From an uncultured Solirubrobacterales bacterium (GTDB lineage: Bacteria > Actinomycetota > Thermoleophilia > Solirubrobacterales > 70-9): a stretch of 64,000 nt of DNA. Shown piece by piece: positions 35,989-45,896 of the stretch. Numbering within the stretch: position 1 is the stretch's first letter; every line of letters starts with the position of its first letter. Under the pieces are notes generated by a model that had not been told where the DNA came from, searched no databases, and saw only the letters and a list, made by a program, of their open reading frames with translations. Location: NCBI GenBank assembly GCA_963795675.1, contig CAWCJB010000004.1:306376-370375 (forward strand), in the 5' to 3' direction. The position numbers were made by a program, and so were the translations under genes.

Positions 35989-36459
35989 CTCTTTGAGGTT
36001 GCGCAGGCCGCGGTAGATCCGGCCTTCGGCGGTCGAGACCTTGACCCCGAGCGTCTGCGCCACTTCCGCCACCGAGAGGTCGGCGCCGTAGCGCAGCGAG
36101 ACCGCCTCGCGCTCGAGCTCGTCCAGCTGGGCCAGGGCGGCGGCGACGGTGCCGCGTTCCTCGACCCGGTCGATCTCGGTGACGACATCCGGGGCGCCGG
36201 CCTCGTTCTTGCGCAGCGCCCGCTCCTCGGCCTCGTGACGGCGGTGCAGGTCGCGTAGCCGGTTGAGCGCGATCGAGTAGATCCAGGTCTTCACCTTCCC
36301 CCGGTTCGGGTTGAAGCGCGAGCGCGAGCGCAACACCCGTTCGAAGGTGTCGGCGAGCACTTCCTCGGCCGTCGTCCGGTCCCCGGTCCGGTAGACCAGG
36401 AACCGCAGCAGCGGGTCGGCGTGCTCCGCGTAGAGTTGCTCGAACTGGTCGTTTTTCAT
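35947..36459 (-). CDS. ECF-type RNA polymerase sigma-70 family factor
   Basis: Region 2 (...LLRFLVYRTGDRTTAEEVLADTFERV...) and region 4 (...VSLRYGADLSVAEVAQTLGVKVSTAEGRIYRGL...). Confidence 0.85.
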   Translation of the reverse strand: MKNDQFEQLYAEHADPLLRFLVYRTGDRTTAEEVLADTFERVLRSRSRFNPNRGKVKTWIYSIALNRLRDLHRRHEAEERALRKNEAGAPDVVTEIDRVEERGTVAAALAQLDELEREAVSLRYGADLSVAEVAQTLGVKVSTAEGRIYRGLRNLKELLEPVGDQPRQGE

Positions 36460-36512
36460 CCGTTTGCAAATTCCAGTTGGGAAATGGCGTTCTTCTTCGT
36501 ATAAGGCATCAA

Positions 36513-37079
36513 ATGGACCACTCGAAACGCAACCGCACTCCTGAGGAGTTCGATTCCATCGAGGACGCCCTGCGCGCCGACCGGCATCAGGCGACCCCGC
36601 TGGAGCTCGACCGGATCAAGCTGCAGGCGATCCGCCAGGCCGAGCGACCGCGACCGAGCCTCTACGCAGTCAAGAAGGGAACGCTTATGAAGTCGAGACT
36701 CGCTCTCACGCTCATCCTGGTGGCCGGGTTCATGCTCAGCACGACCGGCGCCACGCTGGCCATCTCCGGCAGCTCGGGCAGCGGCAGCGCCGCCACCAAC
36801 CAGTACGTCCAGCCTCATAACGAAGAAGGCACTCACGGTGAACAGGGCACCAAGGGCGTCAATGGCAAGGGCGGCAACGAAAACAACACGCTGAACGAAA
36901 CGGAAGTCGAAGTCACCCCGGCCCCGGCCGCCGAACAGCAGGCCGTCGTCAGCAGCGGCAGCTCGCTGCCTTTCACCGGCTTCATCGCGATTCCGCTGCT
37001 GGTCATCGGCGTAGGTCTGATCCTCGTCGGCGCCACGCTGCGATTCAAATCCCGCAAGGACACCCCCGCCGGGCTCTAG
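36513..37079 (+). CDS. membrane/cell-wall protein: charged N-terminal segment, TM segment, Gly/Ser/Asn-rich region, LPFTG sorting signal
   Basis: LPFTG (nt 36966-36980) is followed by a hydrophobic helix and an RFKSRKD tail. GC1/GC2/GC3 of about 70/43/83% across 36513-36686 indicates that segment is translated. An internal ATG at 36687 has a good Shine-Dalgarno and is an alternative start. Confidence 0.65.
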   Translation: MDHSKRNRTPEEFDSIEDALRADRHQATPLELDRIKLQAIRQAERPRPSLYAVKKGTLMKSRLALTLILVAGFMLSTTGATLAISGSSGSGSAATNQYVQPHNEEGTHGEQGTKGVNGKGGNENNTLNETEVEVTPAPAAEQQAVVSSGSSLPFTGFIAIPLLVIGVGLILVGATLRFKSRKDTPAGL

Positions 37080-37106
37080 TGCTCCGAGTAGCCCTCGGTA
37101 GGTAGT

Positions 37107-39239
37107 TCAGAGGATCGGGAGGCGGGCATTTATTGCCCGCCTCCTCCATTTCTGGGGGTCGTTGGTACGGAACATTTCCACCGCTTCCTGGGCCAGCGCC
37201 ACTTTCGGGGCCAGTTCGTAGGCCTTGCGGGCCGCCGGCCGCGGGTCCTCGCCGGCGGCGCCCTCAACCAGCGCCAGCCCGTAATACGATTCCCATTCGC
37301 CCGGGTCCCGGTCGACCGCCGTTTCCAGCATCTGGACCGCGAGCTGATGTTGGCCGGTGCGCGAGTCGCAGAAGCCGAGCACCTGGTAGGGCTCGGGCCG
37401 CACCGAGAGGACGTGGATCGCGTCGAGCGCCTCACTTGAGGCCTCGCCGCAGTTGCCCGCCTGAAGGTTGCGGACGGCGGAGTTGAGCAAGCCCTGCGAG
37501 ATCGCCACCAGGGCCGGCGAGACGACCAGGACCAGGCAGCCGATGCCGAGCGCCACGCGCGGCATCCGACCCGGCGCCCGCGGGATCCAGCTCGCGCCCT
37601 CGCCCTGCCGCGCGGCGATCGCCATCCCGCCGATCGAGAAGATGAAGAACGCGGTCGCGGGCATCTCCCAATCCCAGTCGGCCGCGGCGTGGGCGGCCCA
37701 AGCCAGCATTGCGCCGATCAGCGCCGCGTAGAGGACCCGGTCGGGGCCGCGGACCCGGGTCACCAGGCCGACGAGGATCGCGATCAGCGCGACCGCGAGG
37801 AAGATCAGCCCCGGCAGGCCCAGCTCGGCGAGCATCTCGAGGTAGAGCGAGTGGGCGTTGATGACCTTGAATTCGCCGTTGCCTTCCTGCGCCCAGACGC
37901 GCGCCCAAGTGCCGGCCCCGGTGCCGTCGAGAGGGTGCTGGTCGAACTTTTCGACCGCCAGTTCCCACTGCACCAGACGGCCGTTGCTGTTCAGGTTGGT
38001 GAGCCGGTCCTGCAGCGCTTCCGGGTCGACCGGCGGCTTGGTGGCGGTGAAGTCGTGGAAGCCGTTGCTGATCTTCTGCGGCGCGTCGACGGCGACCCCG
38101 GCGGCGACGACCACGATCACGGTGGTGGCGACGAAGGCGATCCAGTTGCGCCGCTTGGTCGCCGCCGAGATCTCGATCGCGGCGAGGCGCCGATCGAGCG
38201 GCCGCAGGGCGAAGCGGAGCACGCCGGCGGCGACCGCCAGACCGATCAGCTCCCAGGCCAGGGTCTTGCCTTCGGCGACCCCCGCCGGGCTGCCGTACTT
38301 GCCGGTCGAGAGCACATCGGTGCCGACGCATAAGAGCACCGCGACCGCGGTCGGCGGCACCACCGCGATCGCCGCCGGGATCAGGTCACGGCGGGCGGCG
38401 ACGAGGACGAAGACGACCGCGCCGACCAGGAGCGAGCCGATCGACCCGCGCGAGAAGGTGAAGTAGATGGTCGCGGCGAGGACCGGGATCGCCGCCGCGG
38501 CGAGGCTCTGGGCGACCGGCTTTTCCTCGCTGCGCGTGGCGAGCCCGGCACAGAGGAGGATCGCCACGGCGACGAACAGGCCGAGCGCGTTCCAGTAGGT
38601 CAGCGGGTAGCTCAGCCGGTAGTTTTCGAGCGACGGGGGGATCGAGTGGATGCCCGGCGTGACCCGGGTGATCAGGGCCATGATCGCGACCACGGTCATC
38701 GTCGCGGCGAGGATCCGCAGCGCCCACACGAACCGCTCACGGGTCCAGCCGATCGAGCCGAAGAGGACCAGCGCCAGCCAGTACATGAGGACGCGGTCGA
38801 ACTCGATCATCGCCTGCGCCGGGGCGTGCGACCAGAGCGAGGAGAGCAGGGTCCAGATCGCGAAGCAGCCGAGCGCGACGACGGCGCAGACGAGCGCCGG
38901 GCCGAAGCCTTCGAACGGCTGCTCGGCGAGGACCAGGCGCAGGGTCAGGGCGATCCCGAGCACCACGGCGACGATCGCCGGGGCGCCGGCGAAGAAACCG
39001 CCGGAGCGGAAGGCGAGATAGGCGGTGACCGCAGCCGGGCCGCAGACCAGGATGCCGGCGAGGATCGGCGCGACGGGGGATCGGGACGAATGGGCGGCCG
39101 ACGCCGCTCCCGAGGTTTCCGGCGAGCTCAGCTCCACTGAACCGGGGACCATATTCGCTGCGTATCCACTGGGAAGATCGGCGTCCACGCGGTCTCCTCG
39201 GCAGCGATCCCGGGCACCCTGAGCGGTTTTCTTGGACAT
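37107..39239 (-). CDS. O-antigen ligase/polymerase-like (Wzy_C) membrane protein with a C-terminal TPR region
   Basis: Multi-TM, with the ...FSRGSIGSLLVGA... Wzy_C-like loop. The C-terminal 150 aa are TPR-like. ATG at 39239 is preferred over the track start at 39449. Confidence 0.7.
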   Translation of the reverse strand: MSKKTAQGARDRCRGDRVDADLPSGYAANMVPGSVELSSPETSGAASAAHSSRSPVAPILAGILVCGPAAVTAYLAFRSGGFFAGAPAIVAVVLGIALTLRLVLAEQPFEGFGPALVCAVVALGCFAIWTLLSSLWSHAPAQAMIEFDRVLMYWLALVLFGSIGWTRERFVWALRILAATMTVVAIMALITRVTPGIHSIPPSLENYRLSYPLTYWNALGLFVAVAILLCAGLATRSEEKPVAQSLAAAAIPVLAATIYFTFSRGSIGSLLVGAVVFVLVAARRDLIPAAIAVVPPTAVAVLLCVGTDVLSTGKYGSPAGVAEGKTLAWELIGLAVAAGVLRFALRPLDRRLAAIEISAATKRRNWIAFVATTVIVVVAAGVAVDAPQKISNGFHDFTATKPPVDPEALQDRLTNLNSNGRLVQWELAVEKFDQHPLDGTGAGTWARVWAQEGNGEFKVINAHSLYLEMLAELGLPGLIFLAVALIAILVGLVTRVRGPDRVLYAALIGAMLAWAAHAAADWDWEMPATAFFIFSIGGMAIAARQGEGASWIPRAPGRMPRVALGIGCLVLVVSPALVAISQGLLNSAVRNLQAGNCGEASSEALDAIHVLSVRPEPYQVLGFCDSRTGQHQLAVQMLETAVDRDPGEWESYYGLALVEGAAGEDPRPAARKAYELAPKVALAQEAVEMFRTNDPQKWRRRAINARLPIL

Positions 39240-39398
39240 CTGTCCAGTGCAACGGCCGATGCAGTCGAATAGGAACCCCGCGCCGATGCCGAGAGGAACC
39301 CTGTGAAGATGCCAAGTCGAGTCAATAGGCTCTCTAGGAAACTGGGTGATGTTTCTATCCTTGGGTTTCCCGGTTACATACTGAGTAGTGGGTAAAGC

Positions 39399-40886
39399 AT
39401 GGAGTCTTCGGCCGTAGACCACCCAGAACGCGCGCATGGCGAAGCGCATGGCGAAGCCCTCCCGGGCTCACTCTCCCTCGGGCCGAAGACCGAGCGCAGC
39501 CGCCCCCGCGACCGCGGCGTGGTGCTCGCCAAAATGCTCTTCGTCGGCGATCTCGTCGCCGGCGTGCTGGCCGGGCTCGCCGCCCTGCTGATCCTCGGCA
39601 ACTCGATCACCGACACCCCGATCTTCGTCCTCGTCGTCGCCCTGCTCTGGACCCTGGTCGCCTTCAGCATCGGCCTCTACCGCACCGACCAGCTCTCCTC
39701 CTGGGCCTCCGCCGTCTCCGAGATCCCGCGCGGCATCGTCGCGATCCTGCTGCTGACCTGGCCGATCTACGGCCTCGCGGCGCTGATGGGGATCGAGCCG
39801 GCGATCGGCACCGCCTTCGTCACCGTCGGGGCGATGGCGGTCCTCGCCGGATCCGCCCGCACCGTCGTCCGCGCCGGCCTGCACCGCAATCCGGCGCTGC
39901 GCCAGCGCACCCTGATCCTCGGCTCGGGCGTCGTCGCCGGCCAGGTGGTCTCGAAGATCAAGTCGAACCCTCAGTTCGGGCTCGACCCGGTCGGCCTCGT
40001 CGACAACGTCGTGCACGACATCGGCACCCCCGACCTGCCCCGCTTCGGCGGCTTCTCCGACCTCAGCGAGATCATCGAGATGCAGAGCATCGACCGGGTG
40101 ATCATCGCCTTCTCCCGGGTCAGCCACGAGGAGCTGCTGGAGGCGATCCGGGCCTGCCGCGACGCCGGCATCGCCGTCGACGTCGTTCCCCGCCTGTTCG
40201 AGTTCCTCGACGGCATCCGCTCGCTCGACCAGATCGGCGGTCTGCCGCTGCTCTCGATCAGCGTCCCTGTCCTCGCCCCGGCGATGGTCGCCGCCAAGCG
40301 GATGCTCGACGTCGCCGGCTCGGCGGTCCTGCTGCTGCTCTTCGCGCCGGTCATGCTGGCGACGGCGATCGCGATCAAGGTCGAGTCGCGCGGCCCGATC
40401 TTCTTCCGCCAGGAGCGCGCCGGCCGCCGCAACAAGAGCTTCAACCTGATCAAGTTCCGCTCGATGTACATCGACGCCGAGCAGCGCAAGGCGGACCTCG
40501 ACGCGATGAACGAAGCCGACGACGGGGTGATGTTCAAGATCCGCGAGGACCCCCGGATCACCAAGGTCGGCCACTTCATCCGCCGCTTCTCGATCGACGA
40601 GCTGCCGCAGCTCTTCAACGTCCTGCGGGGCGAGATGAGCCTGGTCGGCCCGCGGCCACTGATCTTCCGCGAGACCGCCCACCTGGAAGAGCGCTGGCAC
40701 CTGCGCCGGCTCGAGCTGCGCCCCGGCATCACCGGCCCCTGGCAGGTCTACGGCCGCTCGGACAGCCCCTTCCAGGAGATGGTCCGCTTCGATTACCAAT
40801 ACGTCGCCGGCTGGTCGCTGGCCCGCGACATCGAGTTGCTGCTGGCGACGCTGCCCGCGGTCCTTTCGGGGCGAGGCGCGTATTGA
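39399..40886 (+). CDS. polyprenyl-phosphate sugar phosphotransferase (WbaP/CpsE-like initiating enzyme)
   Basis: ...PIFFRQERAGRRNK.F...KFRSM...DELPQLFNVLRGEMSLVGPRP.... Confidence 0.85.
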   Translation: MESSAVDHPERAHGEAHGEALPGSLSLGPKTERSRPRDRGVVLAKMLFVGDLVAGVLAGLAALLILGNSITDTPIFVLVVALLWTLVAFSIGLYRTDQLSSWASAVSEIPRGIVAILLLTWPIYGLAALMGIEPAIGTAFVTVGAMAVLAGSARTVVRAGLHRNPALRQRTLILGSGVVAGQVVSKIKSNPQFGLDPVGLVDNVVHDIGTPDLPRFGGFSDLSEIIEMQSIDRVIIAFSRVSHEELLEAIRACRDAGIAVDVVPRLFEFLDGIRSLDQIGGLPLLSISVPVLAPAMVAAKRMLDVAGSAVLLLLFAPVMLATAIAIKVESRGPIFFRQERAGRRNKSFNLIKFRSMYIDAEQRKADLDAMNEADDGVMFKIREDPRITKVGHFIRRFSIDELPQLFNVLRGEMSLVGPRPLIFRETAHLEERWHLRRLELRPGITGPWQVYGRSDSPFQEMVRFDYQYVAGWSLARDIELLLATLPAVLSGRGAY

Positions 40887-42070
40887 GCGGCGGCCGCGGG
40901 CAGCGGCTGCCCCGCATCCTGCACGTGTCGGAGGCGTTCGGCGGCGGCGTGCAGGAGATGGTGACGACGCTCTCCGAGCGGCTCGAGGCGGCCGGCTATC
41001 CGGTCGCGATCGCCTACGGACGCCGGCCGGAGACCCCGGTCGACGTGCGCGAGCGGGTCGCCCCGGGGGTCGAGCTCTTCTCGCTCGGCTGGGAACGGCG
41101 GACGCTGCCTGAACAGGTGCGCGCCTGCCGCAGATTCCGCCGGCTGGTCAAGACCTGGCGCCCCGACGTGGTCCACCTGCACTCCTCCTTCGCCGGCCTC
41201 GCCGGGGCGGTCGCACTCGGCGGTCTCGGCGTGCCGACCGTCTACACGCCGCACGGCTACTCCTTCACGATGGGCGACCAGAGCCCCGCTCGGCGCCGCG
41301 CCTTCCGCCTCGCCGAGCGGCTCACCGCGAGCCGCGCGACCGTGGTCGGGACCGTCTCCGAGGCCGAGGCGGCGGCGGCGCGCACGGTTGCCGCGGCGAC
41401 CAAGGTGCGGATCGTCCACAACGGCATCCCGGAGCTCGACCGGGTCGCCGTCGAGGGGCCGCTGCCGAGCCGTCCCGGTCCACCGCGGGTGCTGGCGATG
41501 GGCCGGGTCACCCCCGCCCACCTGCCGCTCGAATCGGCCCGCCTCCTCGCTGCCGTCGCCGACCTCGCCGAGGTCGAATGGGTCGGCGGCGCCGGCGCGG
41601 GCGAGATCCCGGTCTCGACGATCACCGACCAAGGCGTGCCGATCAGCGGCTGGGTCGACCGCCCCGCCGCGCTGGCGAAGCTCGGCGCGGCGACCGTCCT
41701 CCTGCACTGGACCGGCTGGGACGGGCTGCCGCTCTCGGTGCTCGAGGCGATGGCCGAGGACGTGATCGTGATCGGCCACGACATCCCCGCGGTGCGGGAG
41801 ATCCTCGGGCCGGGCCAGGTCCGCGAGACCGAGACCGAAGCCCGCGAGCTGCTCCGCCACACGCTGGAGGACCCGGAGCTTCGCGAGGCGATGTTGCTGG
41901 AGCAGCGGCGGCGGCGGCCGGCCTACGGCGCGGCGCGGATGACCGAGGGTTGGAAGGAGCTCTACGCCTCCCTCCTCGCGGCGCCCGCGGACGGCACTGC
42001 GACGAGGTTCCCGTCTGCTCATGCAGGAGATGATGCGGCCGCTCATGCAGTCGCCGGGCGGGACCGATAA
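40883..42070 (+). CDS. glycosyltransferase family 4 (GT-B fold)
   Basis: ...RILHVSEAFGGGV.... C-terminal E..G...LEAMA motif. TTGA overlap with the upstream stop. Confidence 0.75.
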   Translation: MSGGRGQRLPRILHVSEAFGGGVQEMVTTLSERLEAAGYPVAIAYGRRPETPVDVRERVAPGVELFSLGWERRTLPEQVRACRRFRRLVKTWRPDVVHLHSSFAGLAGAVALGGLGVPTVYTPHGYSFTMGDQSPARRRAFRLAERLTASRATVVGTVSEAEAAAARTVAAATKVRIVHNGIPELDRVAVEGPLPSRPGPPRVLAMGRVTPAHLPLESARLLAAVADLAEVEWVGGAGAGEIPVSTITDQGVPISGWVDRPAALAKLGAATVLLHWTGWDGLPLSVLEAMAEDVIVIGHDIPAVREILGPGQVRETETEARELLRHTLEDPELREAMLLEQRRRRPAYGAARMTEGWKELYASLLAAPADGTATRFPSAHAGDDAAAHAVAGRDR

Positions 42071-42100
42071 GGCACCGGTAACCAATCTAGGATTGCTCTG

Positions 42101-43441
42101 ATGGAAGTCCGGGAACTACTTCAACTCTTCTGGCGACGGCGTTGGCTGATCGCCCTCACGGTCGTCGCCACGACCGCGATCGCCGCCGTCTTCGCCTTCG
42201 CGCGGACCGACGAATACGAATCGTCCTCGACGATCGCGCTGACCCCGACCCAGACCGCGGCCGGCTTCGTCACCCCGGACACCCTCGACGCGCTGCTCGG
42301 CACCTACGCCCAGACCGCCTCGTCGGAACTGATGGAAAACGAAGCGGAAGTCGAAACCGGCGAAGAACTCGAAGGCAAGATCGAAACGGCCACCCACGCC
42401 GGGACCGGGATCCTCGAAATCATCGGCGTCGCCAACTCGCCCGAGGCGGCGCAAACGACGTCCACGGCGATCTCGCGCGCTTTCGTCAACTACATCGGCT
42501 TCAACAAACTGCTCGAACCCGAAGTCGTCGACCCGGCCAACCTACCGACCGATCCGGCCGGGCCGAGCGACGCGCTGATCATCGCGATCGGGATCCTCCT
42601 CGGGCTGATCGCCGGGGCGATGCTGGCCTACGCGGTGGAGCAGGTGCGCGGCCGGATCGAACGGGCCTCCGACATCGCCGCGGTGACGCCGCTGCCGATC
42701 ATCGGGGTGCTGCCGCGCGAGCGGAAGCTGTCCCGCTCCCCCTCGCGCCTGATCTGGGAGGACCTCAGCCTCACCGGCCTGCACGAAGGCATCCGCGCCC
42801 TGCGCACCAACCTCGAGCTGCTGATGGAGGATGGCACCGCCGTGGTCCAGGTGACCAGCCCGGTCGCCGGCGAGGGCAAGTCGATGATCGTCGCCAACCT
42901 CGGCGTCGCCCTGGCCCAGATCGGGGTCGAGACGCTGATCGTCGACGCCGACCTGCGCCGGCCCACCCAGCACGAGATCTTCAACGTCAGCAATGACCTC
43001 GGCGTCTCCAACCTGCTGACCGGCGGGGTCGAGACGAAAGTCCGCCGCGCCTCCACCCCGTACGAGAACCTGACCGTGCTGCCGAGCGGCCCGCTGCTGC
43101 CGAATTCGACCGAGATGCTGCACGTGCGCGGCCGCTCGCTGGTCGAGACGCTGCGCAAAACCGGCGCCTTCGTGCTGGTCGACTCGCCGCCGCTCCTGCC
43201 GGTCTCCGACGCCCGCATCCTCGCCGGCCGCTCCGACCACGTGATCCTCACCGTCGCCGCCAACAAGGAGAAGCCGAGCACCCTGCGCAGCGCGATCGAG
43301 TCGCTCCAGTTCTCCGGCGCGGCGATCCTCGGCGTCGTCCTCAATCAGGCGATGGAGGACCGCGAGGGCTACGACTACTACCGCCAGTCCCCCTCGAACA
43401 GAAGCAAACCGCAGCAGCCGACGGTCAACGCCCCGAGCTGA
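42101..43441 (+). CDS. polysaccharide co-polymerase (Wzz domain) fused to a BY-kinase ATPase
   Basis: N-terminal Wzz-like TM domain, Walker A SPVAGEGKS, and a C-terminal tyrosine cluster GYDYY. Confidence 0.8.
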   Translation: MEVRELLQLFWRRRWLIALTVVATTAIAAVFAFARTDEYESSSTIALTPTQTAAGFVTPDTLDALLGTYAQTASSELMENEAEVETGEELEGKIETATHAGTGILEIIGVANSPEAAQTTSTAISRAFVNYIGFNKLLEPEVVDPANLPTDPAGPSDALIIAIGILLGLIAGAMLAYAVEQVRGRIERASDIAAVTPLPIIGVLPRERKLSRSPSRLIWEDLSLTGLHEGIRALRTNLELLMEDGTAVVQVTSPVAGEGKSMIVANLGVALAQIGVETLIVDADLRRPTQHEIFNVSNDLGVSNLLTGGVETKVRRASTPYENLTVLPSGPLLPNSTEMLHVRGRSLVETLRKTGAFVLVDSPPLLPVSDARILAGRSDHVILTVAANKEKPSTLRSAIESLQFSGAAILGVVLNQAMEDREGYDYYRQSPSNRSKPQQPTVNAPS

Positions 43442-44805
43442 TGGCCTTCCGCCGCTTCGGAGGCGGTGACATCGTCGCCGTCGCGCTCCTCGTCTCGCTC
43501 GCGATGGCCTACGGAGCGGTCCATTCGCCGCTGATCGCGGTCGCCCTGTTGGTCGCGATCGTCTTCGCCGGCTGGGTCGTGATGCGACCCGACCTGGTGC
43601 TGCTGGTGGTGGTCGCCGCGCTGCCCTGGAACGACATGCTCCAGTACCCGACCGCGACCCTCTCGCTGGTCAAGCTCCTCGGCCTGGCCCTGGTGGTCGC
43701 CTACTTCCTCCACGCGGTGCGCCAGAACGACGTCATCCGGCTGCCCCCGGTCCTCGGCTTCGCGCTCGCCTTCGGCCTCGTCATCGGCCTCTCGCTGATC
43801 GCCTCGCCGGAACCGAGCGCCGGGCTGGCGAAAGCCTTCCGCTACGTCTTCTTCATCCTCTTCCTCTTCCTGCTGATCCAGATGATCGACGACCGCCAGC
43901 AGGCGATGCGACTGCTGCGCGTGCTCGTCGCCGCCTCCGCCGCGGCCGCCTTCTACGGCTGCTTCCAGTTCGTCACCGGGGCGGTCGAACGGGCCGCCGG
44001 GCCGATCGCCGACGCCAACGACTTCGCCTACATGATGGCCGCGGTCCTCCCCTTCGCCCTCTTCCTCTGCGCCGAGGACCGCCGCTGGCGGCCGCTCTGG
44101 ATCCTCTCCACCCTGCTGCTGCTCGGGGCGACCTTCGCCACCCTCTCGCGGGGGGCGATCATCGGCCTCGCCGCCCTCCTGCTGTGGGCGATCCTGACCA
44201 GGCGGATCGGCATCGGCGGCACGCTCGCGGTCGTCGTCGCCGCGGTGCTGGTGGTCGCCGCCGCCTTCACCTTCTGGGCCTCGACGGTCGAACAGCGGCT
44301 CAACGAGAAGAACAAGATCGCCGCCGCGAACACCGAATCGCGCGCCGCGTTCTGGGCGGCCGGAGAGGAAATGTGGGAAGACCACCCGTTCCTCGGGGTC
44401 GGGCCCGGGCGGTTCGGGATCGAAGCGAAGAACTACATCAAAAACAGCCCGATCGCCCTCGAAGACCCGGTCGTCCACAACAGCTACCTGGAGATCCTGG
44501 TCGAGGCGGGCCCGCTGGCGCTGCTGCTCTTCCTCGGCATGTTGGCGGCGGGCTGGACGGGCGCCACCAGGGCCGCCCGGCTGGCGCGCTCGCGCCAGGA
44601 CCAGACCACGGTGCGGCTGGCGACGGCGGCCAAGGGCAGCCTGCTGGTCGCGGTCGTCTCCGGCTTCTTCCTCTCCGAGCAGGTCGCGCCACCGTTCTGG
44701 ATCGCCTGCGCGCTGGTCGGCAGCGGCGCCCTCTACGTCGCCCGCGAGAGCAAAGAGCGCGTCGGCGGCGAGGCGGCATCTCCGGCCCTCGCCGGCGTCG
44801 CGTGA
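43441..44805 (+). CDS. O-antigen ligase/polymerase-like (Wzy_C) membrane protein
   Basis: About 10-12 TM segments. ...LSRGAIIGLAALLLW... loop. The start abuts the upstream stop. Confidence 0.75.
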   Translation: MAFRRFGGGDIVAVALLVSLAMAYGAVHSPLIAVALLVAIVFAGWVVMRPDLVLLVVVAALPWNDMLQYPTATLSLVKLLGLALVVAYFLHAVRQNDVIRLPPVLGFALAFGLVIGLSLIASPEPSAGLAKAFRYVFFILFLFLLIQMIDDRQQAMRLLRVLVAASAAAAFYGCFQFVTGAVERAAGPIADANDFAYMMAAVLPFALFLCAEDRRWRPLWILSTLLLLGATFATLSRGAIIGLAALLLWAILTRRIGIGGTLAVVVAAVLVVAAAFTFWASTVEQRLNEKNKIAAANTESRAAFWAAGEEMWEDHPFLGVGPGRFGIEAKNYIKNSPIALEDPVVHNSYLEILVEAGPLALLLFLGMLAAGWTGATRAARLARSRQDQTTVRLATAAKGSLLVAVVSGFFLSEQVAPPFWIACALVGSGALYVARESKERVGGEAASPALAGVA

Positions 44806-44815
44806 AGGTCCCCGC

Positions 44816-45886
44816 GTGAAGGTCCTGCTGGCGACCTCGCTGCACGGCGGGGGGCCGGTCGAGCATGCCCTCACCCTGGCCCGGGCGCTCACCGCCGCCG
44901 GGGTCGAGGTCGAGGCGAGCTGCGGCGACACCGAGCTGGCCGAGCGGTTCGCCGCCGCCGGGGCGGCGCCGCACGTCCTGCCACTCGAGCGGACCGCCGA
45001 CCCGGGCGGCGCCAAGCAGCTCTCCGAACTCGCCCGCGAGGTCGACGTCGTCCACGCCCAGGACCGCCGCACCGGCCTCCTCACCCGCCTCTGGCGCCCC
45101 GACGGCACGCCCCGCGTCTACACCGTCCACGGCCTGCCCGATCCCTACCTGCCGATCCCGGCCAACGTCGGCCGCCGCCCCGGCCTGCGCAACCAGCTCG
45201 CCTACCGCGGCCTCGACGCCTGGCTGGCGCGGCGCTCCGATGCGCTCGTCGTCGCCTCCCAGGCGCTCGCCGAGCAGCTGCGCCGGCGGCTCGGCTTCCC
45301 GGCCGGGCGGATGGAGGTGATCCCGAACGGGGTCGAGCCGCTGCCCGCCACCAACGGCGGCGAGCTGGTCGCCTCGATCTCGATGCTGGAGCCGGTCAAG
45401 GGCCTCGACGCCTTCGTGCGGGCGGCGGCGATCATCAAGGACACCGGCGGCGCGGCGGACGGAGTCCGCTTCCAGATCGTCGGCTCCGGCGGCGCGGCGG
45501 CGGAGCTGCGCGATCTGGCCACGAGCCTCGGCGCCCCGGTCGAGTTCCCCGGCCACGTCCCGGCGCCGGAGGTGCTGTCGCGGCTGCGGGTCTTCGTCCT
45601 CGCCTCCTGGTTCGAGAACTGCCCGATGGCGCTGCTGGAGGCGATGATGGCCGGCGTGCCCGCGGTGGTGACCGGCGTCGGCGGGGTCCCCGAGCTGGTC
45701 GCCGACACGACCCTCGTGGTGCCACCCGGCGACCCCGCCGCGCTGGCCGCCGCCCTGCGCCGACTGCTCGAGGACCCTGGCCTCGCTGCCAACCTCGGCG
45801 CCCGCGCCCGCGAGCGCGCCCTCGCCAACTTCACCGCCGAGCGCAACGCCCGCAGCCTGATCGACCTCTACGCGCGGATCATCTGA
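44816..45886 (+). CDS. glycosyltransferase family 4
   Basis: MKVLLATSLHGGGPVEH.... C-terminal ...FENCPMALLEAMMAGVPAV.... Confidence 0.75.
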   Translation: MKVLLATSLHGGGPVEHALTLARALTAAGVEVEASCGDTELAERFAAAGAAPHVLPLERTADPGGAKQLSELAREVDVVHAQDRRTGLLTRLWRPDGTPRVYTVHGLPDPYLPIPANVGRRPGLRNQLAYRGLDAWLARRSDALVVASQALAEQLRRRLGFPAGRMEVIPNGVEPLPATNGGELVASISMLEPVKGLDAFVRAAAIIKDTGGAADGVRFQIVGSGGAAAELRDLATSLGAPVEFPGHVPAPEVLSRLRVFVLASWFENCPMALLEAMMAGVPAVVTGVGGVPELVADTTLVVPPGDPAALAAALRRLLEDPGLAANLGARARERALANFTAERNARSLIDLYARII

Positions 45887-45896
45887 GGAGCGGCGG

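Noticed and set aside
36460-36512. ECF-type promoter (GGAAAT ... CGTAT) in the sigma-factor / LPXTG-gene intergenic region.
   Set aside because: The spacing between the putative -35 and -10 elements is about 13 nt, too short for the usual 16-17 nt. The motif match is weak.
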